A DNA stretch of 64,000 nucleotides from an uncultured Prevotellaceae bacterium (GCA_947167515.1 CAMVIM010000009.1:8522-72521); one strand, 5' to 3'; numbered from the stretch's first letter, positions 9,762 to 18,013 are shown. Numbers and translations are program-made. The notes: generated by a model from the sequence alone, not told the origin.

Positions 9762-9823
9762 TTTAGTGGAAGTGCTTTCTGTGAAAAAATCGTGTCATTC
9801 GTGGTTAAGAAAAACTGGAGATT

Positions 9824-10165
9824 TCAGGGGTTCAGTTTGGGGTTGCTCCTGTGCCGCTCCTTGTCTCGGAGTGTCTTCTTTTCGAGGTTCTTCCGAAAGG
9901 CATCCGTGAGGTCCACTCCTGTCTGGTTGGCCAGGCAGAGGAGCACCCAAAGCACGTCGGCCATCTCGTCGGCTGGGTCTTGCGGTTCGCCGGGCTTGAA
10001 AGACTGCTCGCCGTATTTCCGTGACATGATGCGGGCCAGTTCGCCCACCTCTTCGGTCAGGATGGCCATGTTGGTCAGTTCGGAGAAGTAGCGCACCCCA
10101 TAGGTGCGAATCCACTCATCCACTTGTTCTTGTGCCTGTTGCAGGGTCAGTGTCGTTTTATCCAT
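9824..10165 (-). CDS. MazG-like nucleotide pyrophosphohydrolase
   Basis: 113 aa with the EExGE motif (LTEEVGELA) and a downstream acidic helix (ADEMADVLW), typical of the small MazG/YpjD family. Confidence 0.8.
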   Translation of the reverse strand: MDKTTLTLQQAQEQVDEWIRTYGVRYFSELTNMAILTEEVGELARIMSRKYGEQSFKPGEPQDPADEMADVLWVLLCLANQTGVDLTDAFRKNLEKKTLRDKERHRSNPKLNP

Positions 10166-10277
10166 GTGTGTCAGTTCTTTTTGTCTTCGTGTGGCAAAGA
10201 TAGCGATTCCTGAGCGGAAAAAGGGAAAAGCACGAGTTTTTTGTGGTGGAGTGGCGAGAAAAGTGCTGGATTTTGAT

Positions 10278-10285
10278 TATCTTTG
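10278..10285 (+). promoter_or_regulatory. -7 promoter box (TAtcTTTG), presumably the ancestral luxS promoter
   Basis: tatctttg lies about 43 nt upstream of the ATG of the luxS fragment (ATG at 10328). Confidence 0.5.
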
Positions 10286-10325
10286 CAACCGATAAGTATT
10301 CATTATTCATATATCTATACCACTT

Positions 10326-10401
10326 CTATGGAAGTCATACAAAGTTTCACGATGATTATACCTGCTTGAAACCAGGCATCTATGTGTCGCACATAGATAG
10401 G
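10326..10401 (+). pseudogene. Duplicated 5' fragment of luxS (about the first 25 codons, frameshifted)
   Basis: 10326-10401 aligns with 11831-11908 (the start of intact luxS) with 3 substitutions and 1 single-base indel over ~77 nt. Confidence 0.85.
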
Positions 10402-10742
10402 AGCCTCCCAGTCAAACTATTAATAATAGAAGTTGCGCTCGATACGAATCAGGACATAAGAAAATGAAGAAAAAATGATTGCTATTTGGTAGCCGTAATG
10501 AGCATCTGTGCCATCACTTTCATCTTCGTGAATACGGCACGGGCAACAGAGAACACTATGGGGGGAGGAACATGGCGACGGTCACTGCCGCAAGTGTGGA
10601 ACAAAGAATGGACATTATCGCTGTAGGGCTTTTTGTCCGATTAAAGGTCAGCCTACGGATTGTACTTGTGGACACAGCAAGAACTAGCATGCTTGCACAA
10701 ACTAAAATCATCCCAACTAGACTTGCCTGCAAAACAGAAGAA

Positions 10743-10799
10743 AGAGCGGGAACCTATGCCGACATCCTCGGCCTCGGTGTCCGCTCTTTTTCTGTCTTT
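10743..10799 (+). terminator. Terminator-like hairpin plus T-rich tail inside the non-coding part of the insertion
   Basis: agagcgg (10743-10749) pairs with ccgctct (10781-10787), followed by tttttctgtcttt. Confidence 0.4.
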
Positions 10800-10845
10800 A
10801 TCAAAGAATTTCCTAACAAGAGGCTGTTGTCTGAGAAAAGTTTTG

Positions 10846-10853
10846 TAAATTTG
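10846..10853 (+). promoter_or_regulatory. -7 promoter box (TAaaTTTG) for the three-gene cassette
   Basis: taaatttg lies about 24 nt upstream of the ATG at 10877. Confidence 0.45.
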
Positions 10854-10876
10854 CAACCGTTAAAAGCGATTGAAGT

Positions 10877-11092
10877 ATGAGAACGGAGCATTTGGATTTC
10901 ATCACCTTCTGTGTTGGCAGCCTGTCGGACGCGCTTCATAAGAGTGCATCGCAAGTGTATGGTGCCCTGCGCTCGTCGGGAGTGCTGAACGACTATATTG
11001 TGCCATGTTACGACGTGCTGCACACGTTCAGCAAGGACTATCTCGTGGAGGAACTGACGGAGGTGCTAAAGGAAAGGGGGGCTCTGGCATGA
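10877..11092 (+). CDS. Small DUF3791-like protein (copy 1)
   Basis: 71 aa. It shares a C-terminal pattern [LM]H-x2-S-x-[DE]-Y-L-x-[DE]-E-L with the 72-aa ORF at 11566. Its stop overlaps the next start (ATGA at 11089-11092). Confidence 0.6.
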   Translation: MRTEHLDFITFCVGSLSDALHKSASQVYGALRSSGVLNDYIVPCYDVLHTFSKDYLVEELTEVLKERGALA

Positions 11093-11562
11093 GACTATAT
11101 CACGCATCGACATTGGTCATCGAAAAGCCTGACGTGCTTCATTCGCGCGACAAACTTGACTTCGGTAGAGGATTCTATCTGACCGCTATTCCTGAACAGG
11201 CGGTGCGCTATGCCGAACGTTTTACTCGCAGGGGCAAAGAGGCTTTTATTAACGAGTACGAACTTGACGAGGAAACACCAGACTTTAACATCAAGTCTTT
11301 CCCAAGTTACGACGAGGAATGGCTTGACTATGTGGCAGTTTGCAGGAAGGGAGGGGAACCGCAGTCGTCTTATGATGCCGTGTCTGGTGGTGTGGCCAAC
11401 GACAAGGTGTTCAATACCGTTGACCTGTATTTTGCTGGTGTCATTTCCAAGGATGAGGCGTTGGGGCGTTTGAAATACGAGAAGCCCAATCATCAGTTGT
11501 GTATTCTCAACGGTCAGATGCTTGACCGCCATCTTCATTTCATCAAGGCTGAAAGGGTTTAG
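11089..11562 (+). CDS. DUF3990-like protein (possible ADP-ribosyltransferase-fold toxin)
   Basis: I prefer the internal start MRLYHAS at 11089. Motifs seen: YHAS, FGRGFYLT and a late NHQLCIL. From memory, the size (157 aa) and FGxGFY motif match the DUF3990 family. Confidence 0.65.
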   Translation: MRLYHASTLVIEKPDVLHSRDKLDFGRGFYLTAIPEQAVRYAERFTRRGKEAFINEYELDEETPDFNIKSFPSYDEEWLDYVAVCRKGGEPQSSYDAVSGGVANDKVFNTVDLYFAGVISKDEALGRLKYEKPNHQLCILNGQMLDRHLHFIKAERV

Positions 11563-11565
11563 ACG

Positions 11566-11784
11566 ATGGAAGCGAACAAGACGATACTTCAAATGAAATA
11601 TGCAAGGATTGTGGCAATCTTTGCGCAGGAGTCTGGGCTCTCGCTGGAAGATGCCCTTTCGTTCTTCTATGATTCCGACACGTATCAACTCATCAGTGAA
11701 GGGGTTGCAGACATGCACTGCCGCAGTGACGAGTATCTGGCAGACGAACTGATGCTGGAGTACAACGAAAAGGATGCCAGATAA
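11566..11784 (+). CDS. Small DUF3791-like protein (copy 2)
   Basis: 72 aa. It starts 3 nt after the previous stop and is paralogous to the 10877 ORF (MHCRSDEYLADEL vs LHTFSKDYLVEEL). Confidence 0.6.
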   Translation: MEANKTILQMKYARIVAIFAQESGLSLEDALSFFYDSDTYQLISEGVADMHCRSDEYLADELMLEYNEKDAR

Positions 11785-11832
11785 GTCCCTTTTTCACATC
11801 CCACAAATCTTAACTATATTACAATTATACCT

Positions 11833-12327
11833 ATGGAAGTCATACAAAGTTTCACGATTGATCATACCTGCCTGAAACCAGGCATCTATGTGTCGCGCAT
11901 AGATAGGGGCTTCACCACGTTCGACCTGCGCATCACCGAACCCAACAAGGAGCCGGCTGTGGCTCCTGCTGCCATGCACAGTCTGGAGCATCTCATGGCC
12001 ACATGGTTTCGCAACAGCGAGGCGAAGGACGATGTGGTGTATGTGGGGCCGATGGGGTGTCTCACGGGCATGTATGTCATCATGACAGGTGCATACACCG
12101 TGGAGGACATGCGTCGTCTCACCATCGAGTGTCTGGAGTGGATTCTCACGCAGACGGCTGTGCCAGCCACGGAACCTGCGACTTGCGGCAACTATCTGCT
12201 CCATGACTTGCCCATGTGCAAGTGGGAGAGCCGCCGCTATCTCGACCGCTTACAGCACGATTTCCACAGCGAGTACACTCAGTTGCGTGTCACTCTCGAA
12301 GACGGCAAGACATTTGCCGACGCATAG
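11833..12327 (+). CDS. luxS: S-ribosylhomocysteine lyase
   Basis: 164 aa with the metal-binding HSLEH motif and GCLTG, and the typical N-terminus SFTIDHT.L.PG.Y. Confidence 0.95.
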   Translation: MEVIQSFTIDHTCLKPGIYVSRIDRGFTTFDLRITEPNKEPAVAPAAMHSLEHLMATWFRNSEAKDDVVYVGPMGCLTGMYVIMTGAYTVEDMRRLTIECLEWILTQTAVPATEPATCGNYLLHDLPMCKWESRRYLDRLQHDFHSEYTQLRVTLEDGKTFADA

Positions 12328-12354
12328 GGCATCCATCCCAAATAGAGTTGAAAC

Positions 12355-13740
12355 ATGATTGATTCGAGCATATTGCAAGGCAAGAAAGCGGCGTACTTCA
12401 CGCTGGGCTGCAAACTGAACTTCGCGGAAACAAGCACCGTGGCGCAGCAGTTGGCGCGTTATGGGGTGACGAAGGCGCAGAAAGGTGAGGTGGCTGACAT
12501 CGTGGTGGTGAACACGTGCAGCGTGACCGAGGTGGCTGACCACAAATGTCGGCAGGCGATTCATCGGTTGGTGAAGCAACACCCTGGGGCTTTCGTCGTC
12601 GTCACTGGCTGCTATGCGCAGTTGAAGCCACAGGAAATCGTGGAAACGGAAGGGGTGGACCTCGTGCTGGGGAGTGAGCAGAAGGGGAACATCATACCGA
12701 TGATTATGGAGACCCTCTCCCTAACCCTCCCCCGTAATGGGGAGGGAACCCATCCGGTGAGTTCCTCAACGGCAAAGAACCCGAAAGGCCTCCCTCCCCA
12801 TTATGGGGGAGGGTCGGGAAGAGGGTCTTTTTCCCCTGCTTGTTCCCGTGGCGACCGCACTCGCTATTTCCTGAAGGTGCAGGACGGCTGCAACTACTAC
12901 TGCACCTATTGCACCATCCCGATTGCCCGTGGACGAAGCCGCAACGGGAGCATTGCCTCGCTGGTGGAGCAAGCCGAAGAGGTGGCCCGCGAGGGGGGCA
13001 AGGAGATTGTCATCACGGGTGTGAACATCGGTGACTTCGGACGCTCCACGGGAGAGACCTTCTTCGACCTCGTGAAGGCACTCGATGGGGTGGAGGGCAT
13101 TGAACGCTACCGCATCTCGAGCATCGAGCCGAACCTGCTGACCGATGAAATCATCGAGTACTGTGTGCAGTCGAGGGCTTTCATGCCGCATTTCCACATC
13201 CCCTTGCAGAGTGGTTGCGATGAGGTGTTGAGGCTTATGCACCGCAAGTACGACACAGCCCTTTTCGCCCATAAGATAGAGAAGATACGCTCCGTGATGC
13301 CCGATGCTTTCATCGGTGTGGATGTCATCGTAGGCACTCGTGGCGAGACACAGGAGTATTTTGAGAAAGCCTATGACTTCATGCAGCGTGTCGATGTATC
13401 CCAGTATCACGTCTTCTCCTACTCCGAACGGGCTGGCACCAAAGCCTTGGAAATCCCTCATGTGGTCACGCCGCAGGAAAAGCACCAGCGCAGTCAGCGT
13501 GTCCTCGCTCTTTCGGCGCAGAAGACTCACGACTTCTACAGCCGGTTCATCGGCACCACGCGGTCTGTGCTGCTCGAACATGCCTCGCCTCGCAAGCCTC
13601 TGATGAACGGCTTTACCGACAACTACATCCGTGTGGAAGTGCCCAACCAACCTCACCTCGACAACCAGATTGTGCCAGTGCGATTGGATGGATTTAACGA
13701 AGCAGGGGATGCCTTGTGTGGGGAAATGATTAACAAATGA
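12355..13740 (+). CDS. mtaB: tRNA t6A37 methylthiotransferase (radical SAM MTTase)
   Basis: N-terminal MTTase domain (TLGCKLNFAETS, VVNTCSVT), radical-SAM CNYYCTYC and a C-terminal TRAM-like end. An extra palindromic element lies in the inter-domain linker. Confidence 0.9.
   Translation: MIDSSILQGKKAAYFTLGCKLNFAETSTVAQQLARYGVTKAQKGEVADIVVVNTCSVTEVADHKCRQAIHRLVKQHPGAFVVVTGCYAQLKPQEIVETEGVDLVLGSEQKGNIIPMIMETLSLTLPRNGEGTHPVSSSTAKNPKGLPPHYGGGSGRGSFSPACSRGDRTRYFLKVQDGCNYYCTYCTIPIARGRSRNGSIASLVEQAEEVAREGGKEIVITGVNIGDFGRSTGETFFDLVKALDGVEGIERYRISSIEPNLLTDEIIEYCVQSRAFMPHFHIPLQSGCDEVLRLMHRKYDTALFAHKIEKIRSVMPDAFIGVDVIVGTRGETQEYFEKAYDFMQRVDVSQYHVFSYSERAGTKALEIPHVVTPQEKHQRSQRVLALSAQKTHDFYSRFIGTTRSVLLEHASPRKPLMNGFTDNYIRVEVPNQPHLDNQIVPVRLDGFNEAGDALCGEMINK
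12710..12828. repeat. 119-bp palindromic (MITE/REP-like) element translated in-frame within mtaB
   Basis: The 38-nt arms 12710-12747 and 12791-12828 are reverse complements at 34/38 positions. Each arm also holds its own ccctcccc/ggggaggg hairpin. The element encodes ETLSLTLPRNGEGTHPVSSSTAKNPKGLPPHYGGGSGRGS. Confidence 0.8.
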
Positions 13741-13980
13741 TAGAAACAACTCAATAAAGAGAATTGTTATATGGAAAAAAATGCAAAAATAGGAATGATG
13801 CGTAGTCGAATAGAATTCTTCTATAATGAGTATCGTTTGAAAGCGATGGAGTCTTTGTCTTATGGAAGATACTATAGATATATGCTTTTATGGCAGGATT
13901 GATGGATGTGGATGAAAAAGAAATTGATGCTTATTGGAATATCGATTAGTAAAAGATTATTGTGAATTCGATAAATCTTA

Positions 13981-14080
13981 CGAATAATTCTGGGAAATCC
14001 GCTAAATTCGTTTCATCATCGCGAAGCGGTATGTTTTATATAACAAGTTCCTTTGGAACGATTGGACGGATTGAGCGGAT
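13981..14080 (+). repeat. Direct repeat, copy 1 (~90-100 bp), flanking the GxxExxY pseudogene
   Basis: cgaataat..atccg..tcatcgcgaagcggtatgtttt..caagttcctttggaacgatt..ggattgagcggat recurs at 14510-14598. It contains the hairpin gttcc-tttg-gaac. Confidence 0.75.
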
Positions 14081-14125
14081 TTTTTTGAGATAAAAGTAAT
14101 TGAAATAGATGAAAAATAGCAGATT

Positions 14126-14508
14126 ATGTTGATTCACGAGAACGAAACGTATCAGATTATTGGTGCGGCAATGGAAGTACACAAGACATTAGGGTGTGGG
14201 TTTACGGAGAAAGTGTACCAAGAGCATTAGAGAAGGAATTCCTTCGGCAAAGCATCCCTTTCGTACGTGAATCTTCCATGTAAGTTGTTTATAAAGAGGA
14301 AGTTTTATCTTCGACGTTTGTGCCAGATTTTGTGTGCTATAATAAGATAATAGTGGAATTGAAGGCAGTGGAAGAGTTGTCGGGCTTGCATGAGTCACAG
14401 GTGATTAATTATGCACATGTGGCAGACATGAAAGTGGCTTTGCTGATAAACTTTGGGACGGAGGCATTAGAATATAAGCGTTTGTTTAATCCAAATGGTG
14501 TCAAATAA
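14126..14508 (+). pseudogene. GxxExxY-family (PD-(D/E)xK-like) gene, decayed by a frameshift and stops
   Basis: My translation from ATG at 14126 gives [34 protein letters not shown] then a stop. The rest of the family pattern (..DFVCYNKIIVELKAV..SQVINY..LLINFG..) continues in another frame, in ORF 14320-14508. Confidence 0.7.
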
Positions 14509-14509
14509 T

Positions 14510-14598
14510 CCGAATAATCTGCTCAATCCGTTCAATCATCGCGAAGTGGTATGTTTTCTAGACAAGTTCCTTTGGAACGATTAAAGGGATTGAGCGGA
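14510..14598 (+). repeat. Direct repeat, copy 2
   Basis: See copy 1. The central ~65 bp are about 90% identical by eye. Confidence 0.75.
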
Positions 14599-14680
14599 TG
14601 TTCCTCATAGCTTCCCTGGTTGAAGAGAGAATAATAAAAGGATAAAATGGTCGTAAATACAAAAAAATGAACAAGAATCT

Positions 14681-15772
14681 ATGAAACAGTTATTATTAGT
14701 CATCTTCTGTCTGCTGAGTTTTCAGGTTCAGGCTCAGAATCAGCAGGAGCAGCTTCAGCACATCCGCAAGATGTATGCCGATGCCAAGGAACAGATAGCC
14801 CAGAATGGGAAGAACGGCATGGCTCCCCTGGATGTGAAAGTCAGCATCAGCGACGGGACGCAAGTGGACGAGGACTTTTTCCTTGACGATGAGACGGAAC
14901 TCACCTTCTATTTCAACAAATATCGTGTCAATGCAGAATTGGACTATCCCGATGCTTCCAGTTGCTATTTTGTCGTGGAGAACTGGACATCGCATGGACA
15001 CCTCCGCTATCGTGAGATACTCTTTGACCCCAATGAGGGCAATCTGCTCTTCTGCTACATGCGGCAGGAGACGGATGCGGGCTTTGTGGTAGAGACCCGC
15101 TACTATTATGATGCTGACGGAAAACTCATCGACCAAAAGCATAAGGTGGGAGGTGCGGATGCTGAGCCTGGTGCTCACGATTGGAACAATGGCGAGAGTG
15201 AAAAGGCGCAGGCCATGCTGTATCTGAATGCCTTCGAGACTCTGATGAATGCCAAAGGGGGCACATCAGCGCAGAACCGAGTGAAAAAGCCCACTACCCC
15301 CAAGGCTGATAGACTGGCATTCATCCGCAGCATCTATGCCCAAGCCAAGCAGAAGGTTGCTGACAATGCCAAGTCGGAGGTGCCTCATGACATGCAGATT
15401 GTGGTTCGTGACCAGTCATGGGGACCACCATCAATCACGGAACTGCATTTCTACTTTGAACCCGTGGCAGGTCAAGCAGGGGCTGATGGCAACAGTTGCT
15501 ATTTCATCTCCAGACATTTTCATCATAACAACATGGGGCCCGACCACTATAACGAATACCTGTTAGCCCCTCAGAGCCAAGACCTCCTCTTCTCCTACAC
15601 CTCTGCCAAAGAAGAGGGTGAGAAGTTCGAGTGGCGGTACTACTACGACGAGAACGGAAAGTGCATCGAGGTGAAGACCGATGCTGACGGTGGAGATGAC
15701 GGAGTCGGCGACAAGGCTGCCGTCCAGCGGTATCTCAAGTTGTTCAACATGCTGGTCAACCCCTCTGATTGA
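14681..15772 (+). CDS. Secreted hypothetical protein with an internal two-fold duplication
   Basis: Signal peptide MKQLLLVIFCLLSFQVQAQ. The two halves share IRKMYADAKEQIAQNGK / IRSIYAQAKQKVADNAK and RYYYDADGKLI / RYYYDENGKCI. Confidence 0.65.
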   Translation: MKQLLLVIFCLLSFQVQAQNQQEQLQHIRKMYADAKEQIAQNGKNGMAPLDVKVSISDGTQVDEDFFLDDETELTFYFNKYRVNAELDYPDASSCYFVVENWTSHGHLRYREILFDPNEGNLLFCYMRQETDAGFVVETRYYYDADGKLIDQKHKVGGADAEPGAHDWNNGESEKAQAMLYLNAFETLMNAKGGTSAQNRVKKPTTPKADRLAFIRSIYAQAKQKVADNAKSEVPHDMQIVVRDQSWGPPSITELHFYFEPVAGQAGADGNSCYFISRHFHHNNMGPDHYNEYLLAPQSQDLLFSYTSAKEEGEKFEWRYYYDENGKCIEVKTDADGGDDGVGDKAAVQRYLKLFNMLVNPSD

Positions 15773-15782
15773 AAGGAAAAAG

Positions 15783-16841
15783 ATGAAGAAACTTGCCATC
15801 GTCATATTGAACTGGAACGGTGCGGACATGATGCGCCGGTATTTGCCCTCGGTGTTGGAAAACAGCGTGGGCGATGTCATCGTGGCAGACAATGCCTCCA
15901 CCGACGGAAGCGTGCAGATGCTCCTGAAGGAATTTCCCGATGTGCCTGTGTTGGTGCTCGAACAGAATTTCGGCTTTGCCGAGGGGTATAACCGTGCCCT
16001 TGCCCAACTCCCCGACTACGAGTATTACCTGCTGCTCAACTCCGATGTGGAGATACGGCAGAAAGACTGGGATGCACCGCTGGTCAAGTATCTGGACGCA
16101 CATCCCGAATGTGCCGCCTGCCAACCGAAAATCCTGGCTCTGCAGCCCCCACAGGAAGTTGACTCTGAGAAAAAAGACGCCCAGCGCGTGGGCTGGTTTG
16201 AATATTCAGGTGCTGCTGGTGGTTTCCTCGACAAGTACGGCTACCCCTTCTGTCGGGGCAGGGTGATGGACACGGTGGAGAAGGACGAGGGGCAGTATGA
16301 CGAAGTCGTGTCCCTGCTCTGGTGTGCAGGAGCTGCATTGACCATACGAGCCACCGACTGGCGGGCGAGTGGGGGGCTTGACAACCGCTTCTTTGCCCAC
16401 ATGGAGGAGATTGACCTATGTTGGAGGCTCCGCACAATGGGCAAGGATATCGTCTGCATCTCGGAAACCAAGGCCTATCATCTGGGAGGTGCCACACTTA
16501 CGACAGGCTCTCCTCGCAAGACCTTCCTCAACTTCCGCAACAACCTCCTCATGCTCTACAAGAACCTGCCCGACCACGAACTCAAGCGTGTGATGTGCAT
16601 GCGTTGCCTCCTCGACTACCTTGCCGCATTCCATTTTCTGCTCAAGGGAGAGACCAAGAACTTTGCGGCTGTCTTCAAGGCTCGGCGTGCCTTTCACAAG
16701 ATGCGTCCCGACTTCGACAAAGATCGCCGCCGCATCCAGCAGCAGCGGCAGAACGAGCGAGTCCCTCAGCGAGTTGAATTCTCCCTCCTCTGGCAGTACT
16801 ATGTGAAGGGCAAGAAAACCTTCAAAGCCTTGATGGGATGA
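15783..16841 (+). CDS. Family-2 glycosyltransferase
   Basis: I prefer the start MKKLAIVILNWNG at 15783. Also IVADNASTDGS and the DxD-like NSDVE, which are GT2 (rhamnosyltransferase-like) hallmarks. Confidence 0.8.
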   Translation: MKKLAIVILNWNGADMMRRYLPSVLENSVGDVIVADNASTDGSVQMLLKEFPDVPVLVLEQNFGFAEGYNRALAQLPDYEYYLLLNSDVEIRQKDWDAPLVKYLDAHPECAACQPKILALQPPQEVDSEKKDAQRVGWFEYSGAAGGFLDKYGYPFCRGRVMDTVEKDEGQYDEVVSLLWCAGAALTIRATDWRASGGLDNRFFAHMEEIDLCWRLRTMGKDIVCISETKAYHLGGATLTTGSPRKTFLNFRNNLLMLYKNLPDHELKRVMCMRCLLDYLAAFHFLLKGETKNFAAVFKARRAFHKMRPDFDKDRRRIQQQRQNERVPQRVEFSLLWQYYVKGKKTFKALMG

Positions 16842-17842
16842 AACGGATGCTGTACATATTGGCCGTCCTGCTCTTCCTCAGCCACCCTCATGCCCAGGCT
16901 GATGTCCATGAGGACTTCTCCATCGTCGGCGTGTGGATGATGAAGAGCGAGACCGCCCCCGACGGCAAGGTGACACCCTCCATCTACACAGGCTATACGC
17001 GCTGCAAGATTTACGACCCCGACAGCACCTACTACACCGTGCAACTCCACTCCGTGGGCGACGACATGATGATTATCGCCCACGAAATGGGACGCTACCA
17101 TTGGGATGGCAAGACCTACACAGAGAGCGGTCGCACCATGCCCCTGAAGGTGGTCAACGACTCCACCTTCATTTCCACCTTCCGAGGCTATCAGGAACTC
17201 ATGGTCCGCTCCACCACCATGACCGAAGAGCGCAAGCAAGAGATTCGCGACTTGGTGAAGAAATATCCCCAGGATGGCGATGCCCCTGTCAAGCATTTCG
17301 TCCTTTCCACCACCGAGCGGAAACTGAAGACCGAGAACCGCCTGTTCCTATACATTATTATAATCATGGGCATCGTGGCAGTCGGAGTGGCGGTCTATGT
17401 CTATCGCCTGCGGAAACGGAAACGCAAGGTGGAGCGCAAACTGGCGGAGATAGAAGAGGAACACACGCTGCGTCCTGAGGTGGTGGCAGATGCCATGCGG
17501 CAGGTGGAAAGCGAGTTCTTCCAGTCAGACTACTACATCGCCTTGCGCCGCCACATCGAGCAAGGCCACAACATCAAGCCCTCCGAGTGGAAAGAACTGG
17601 AGCAACGGCTGAAGGTCGTCTATCCCCGATTCGGCAGCAGCCTCTACGGACTCTACAATCTCTCTCCCACCGAGTACCAACTCTGTCTCCTGCTCAAGAT
17701 TCGCACCGCCCCTGCCGAGATAGCCACGGTGCTCAACAAGGACAAAAGCACCATCAGCAGCATCCGAAAGCGGCTCTACAAGAAAGTTTTTGGCAAGGAA
17801 GGAACAGGAAAAGACTGGGACGAGTTCGTTCTTTCGCTCTGA
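16838..17842 (+). CDS. Membrane-anchored LuxR/GerE-type HTH regulator with an exported N-terminal domain
   Basis: Signal peptide, a ~150-aa extracytoplasmic domain, a TM segment (LFLYIIIIMGIVAVGVAVYVY) and a C-terminal LSPTEYQLCLLLKIRTAPAEIATVLNKDKSTISSIRKRL. The start overlaps the GT2 stop (ATGA). Confidence 0.7.
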   Translation: MKRMLYILAVLLFLSHPHAQADVHEDFSIVGVWMMKSETAPDGKVTPSIYTGYTRCKIYDPDSTYYTVQLHSVGDDMMIIAHEMGRYHWDGKTYTESGRTMPLKVVNDSTFISTFRGYQELMVRSTTMTEERKQEIRDLVKKYPQDGDAPVKHFVLSTTERKLKTENRLFLYIIIIMGIVAVGVAVYVYRLRKRKRKVERKLAEIEEEHTLRPEVVADAMRQVESEFFQSDYYIALRRHIEQGHNIKPSEWKELEQRLKVVYPRFGSSLYGLYNLSPTEYQLCLLLKIRTAPAEIATVLNKDKSTISSIRKRLYKKVFGKEGTGKDWDEFVLSL

Positions 17843-17873
17843 TGGACGATTTTCTGACAATGAAATAGTTACA

Positions 17874-17907
17874 GGGAGTTTGCAAACTATTTGCAAACTC
17901 CCTTTTT
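17874..17907 (+). terminator. Rho-independent terminator
   Basis: gggagtttgcaaa-cta-tttgcaaactccc forms a 13-bp perfect stem, followed by ttttt. Confidence 0.7.
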
Positions 17908-17971
17908 GTGTCTTCAAGAGAAAGTCAACAAATTGCCAACTCCGATTCTTGGCAAGAAAGAACGGGTTTTG

Positions 17972-17979
17972 TACTTTTG
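17972..17979 (+). promoter_or_regulatory. -7 promoter box (TActTTTG)
   Basis: tacttttg lies about 35 nt upstream of the ATG at 18014. Confidence 0.45.
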
Positions 17980-18013
17980 CAAAAGAATTGACAAACCTAA
18001 AACCTCAAAAAAA

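Noticed and set aside
10479-10880. 133-aa ORF inside the luxS insertion
   Set aside because: It has an implausible composition and no promoter or start context. It runs through a terminator-like hairpin and into the cassette promoter.
12766-13749. 327-aa ORF on the minus strand
   Set aside because: It is antisense to mtaB.
13771-13950. Small ORFs (about 43 aa and 15 aa) in the AT-rich patch after mtaB
   Set aside because: They are too short and look broken. They may be remnants of a small gene, but I cannot support a call.
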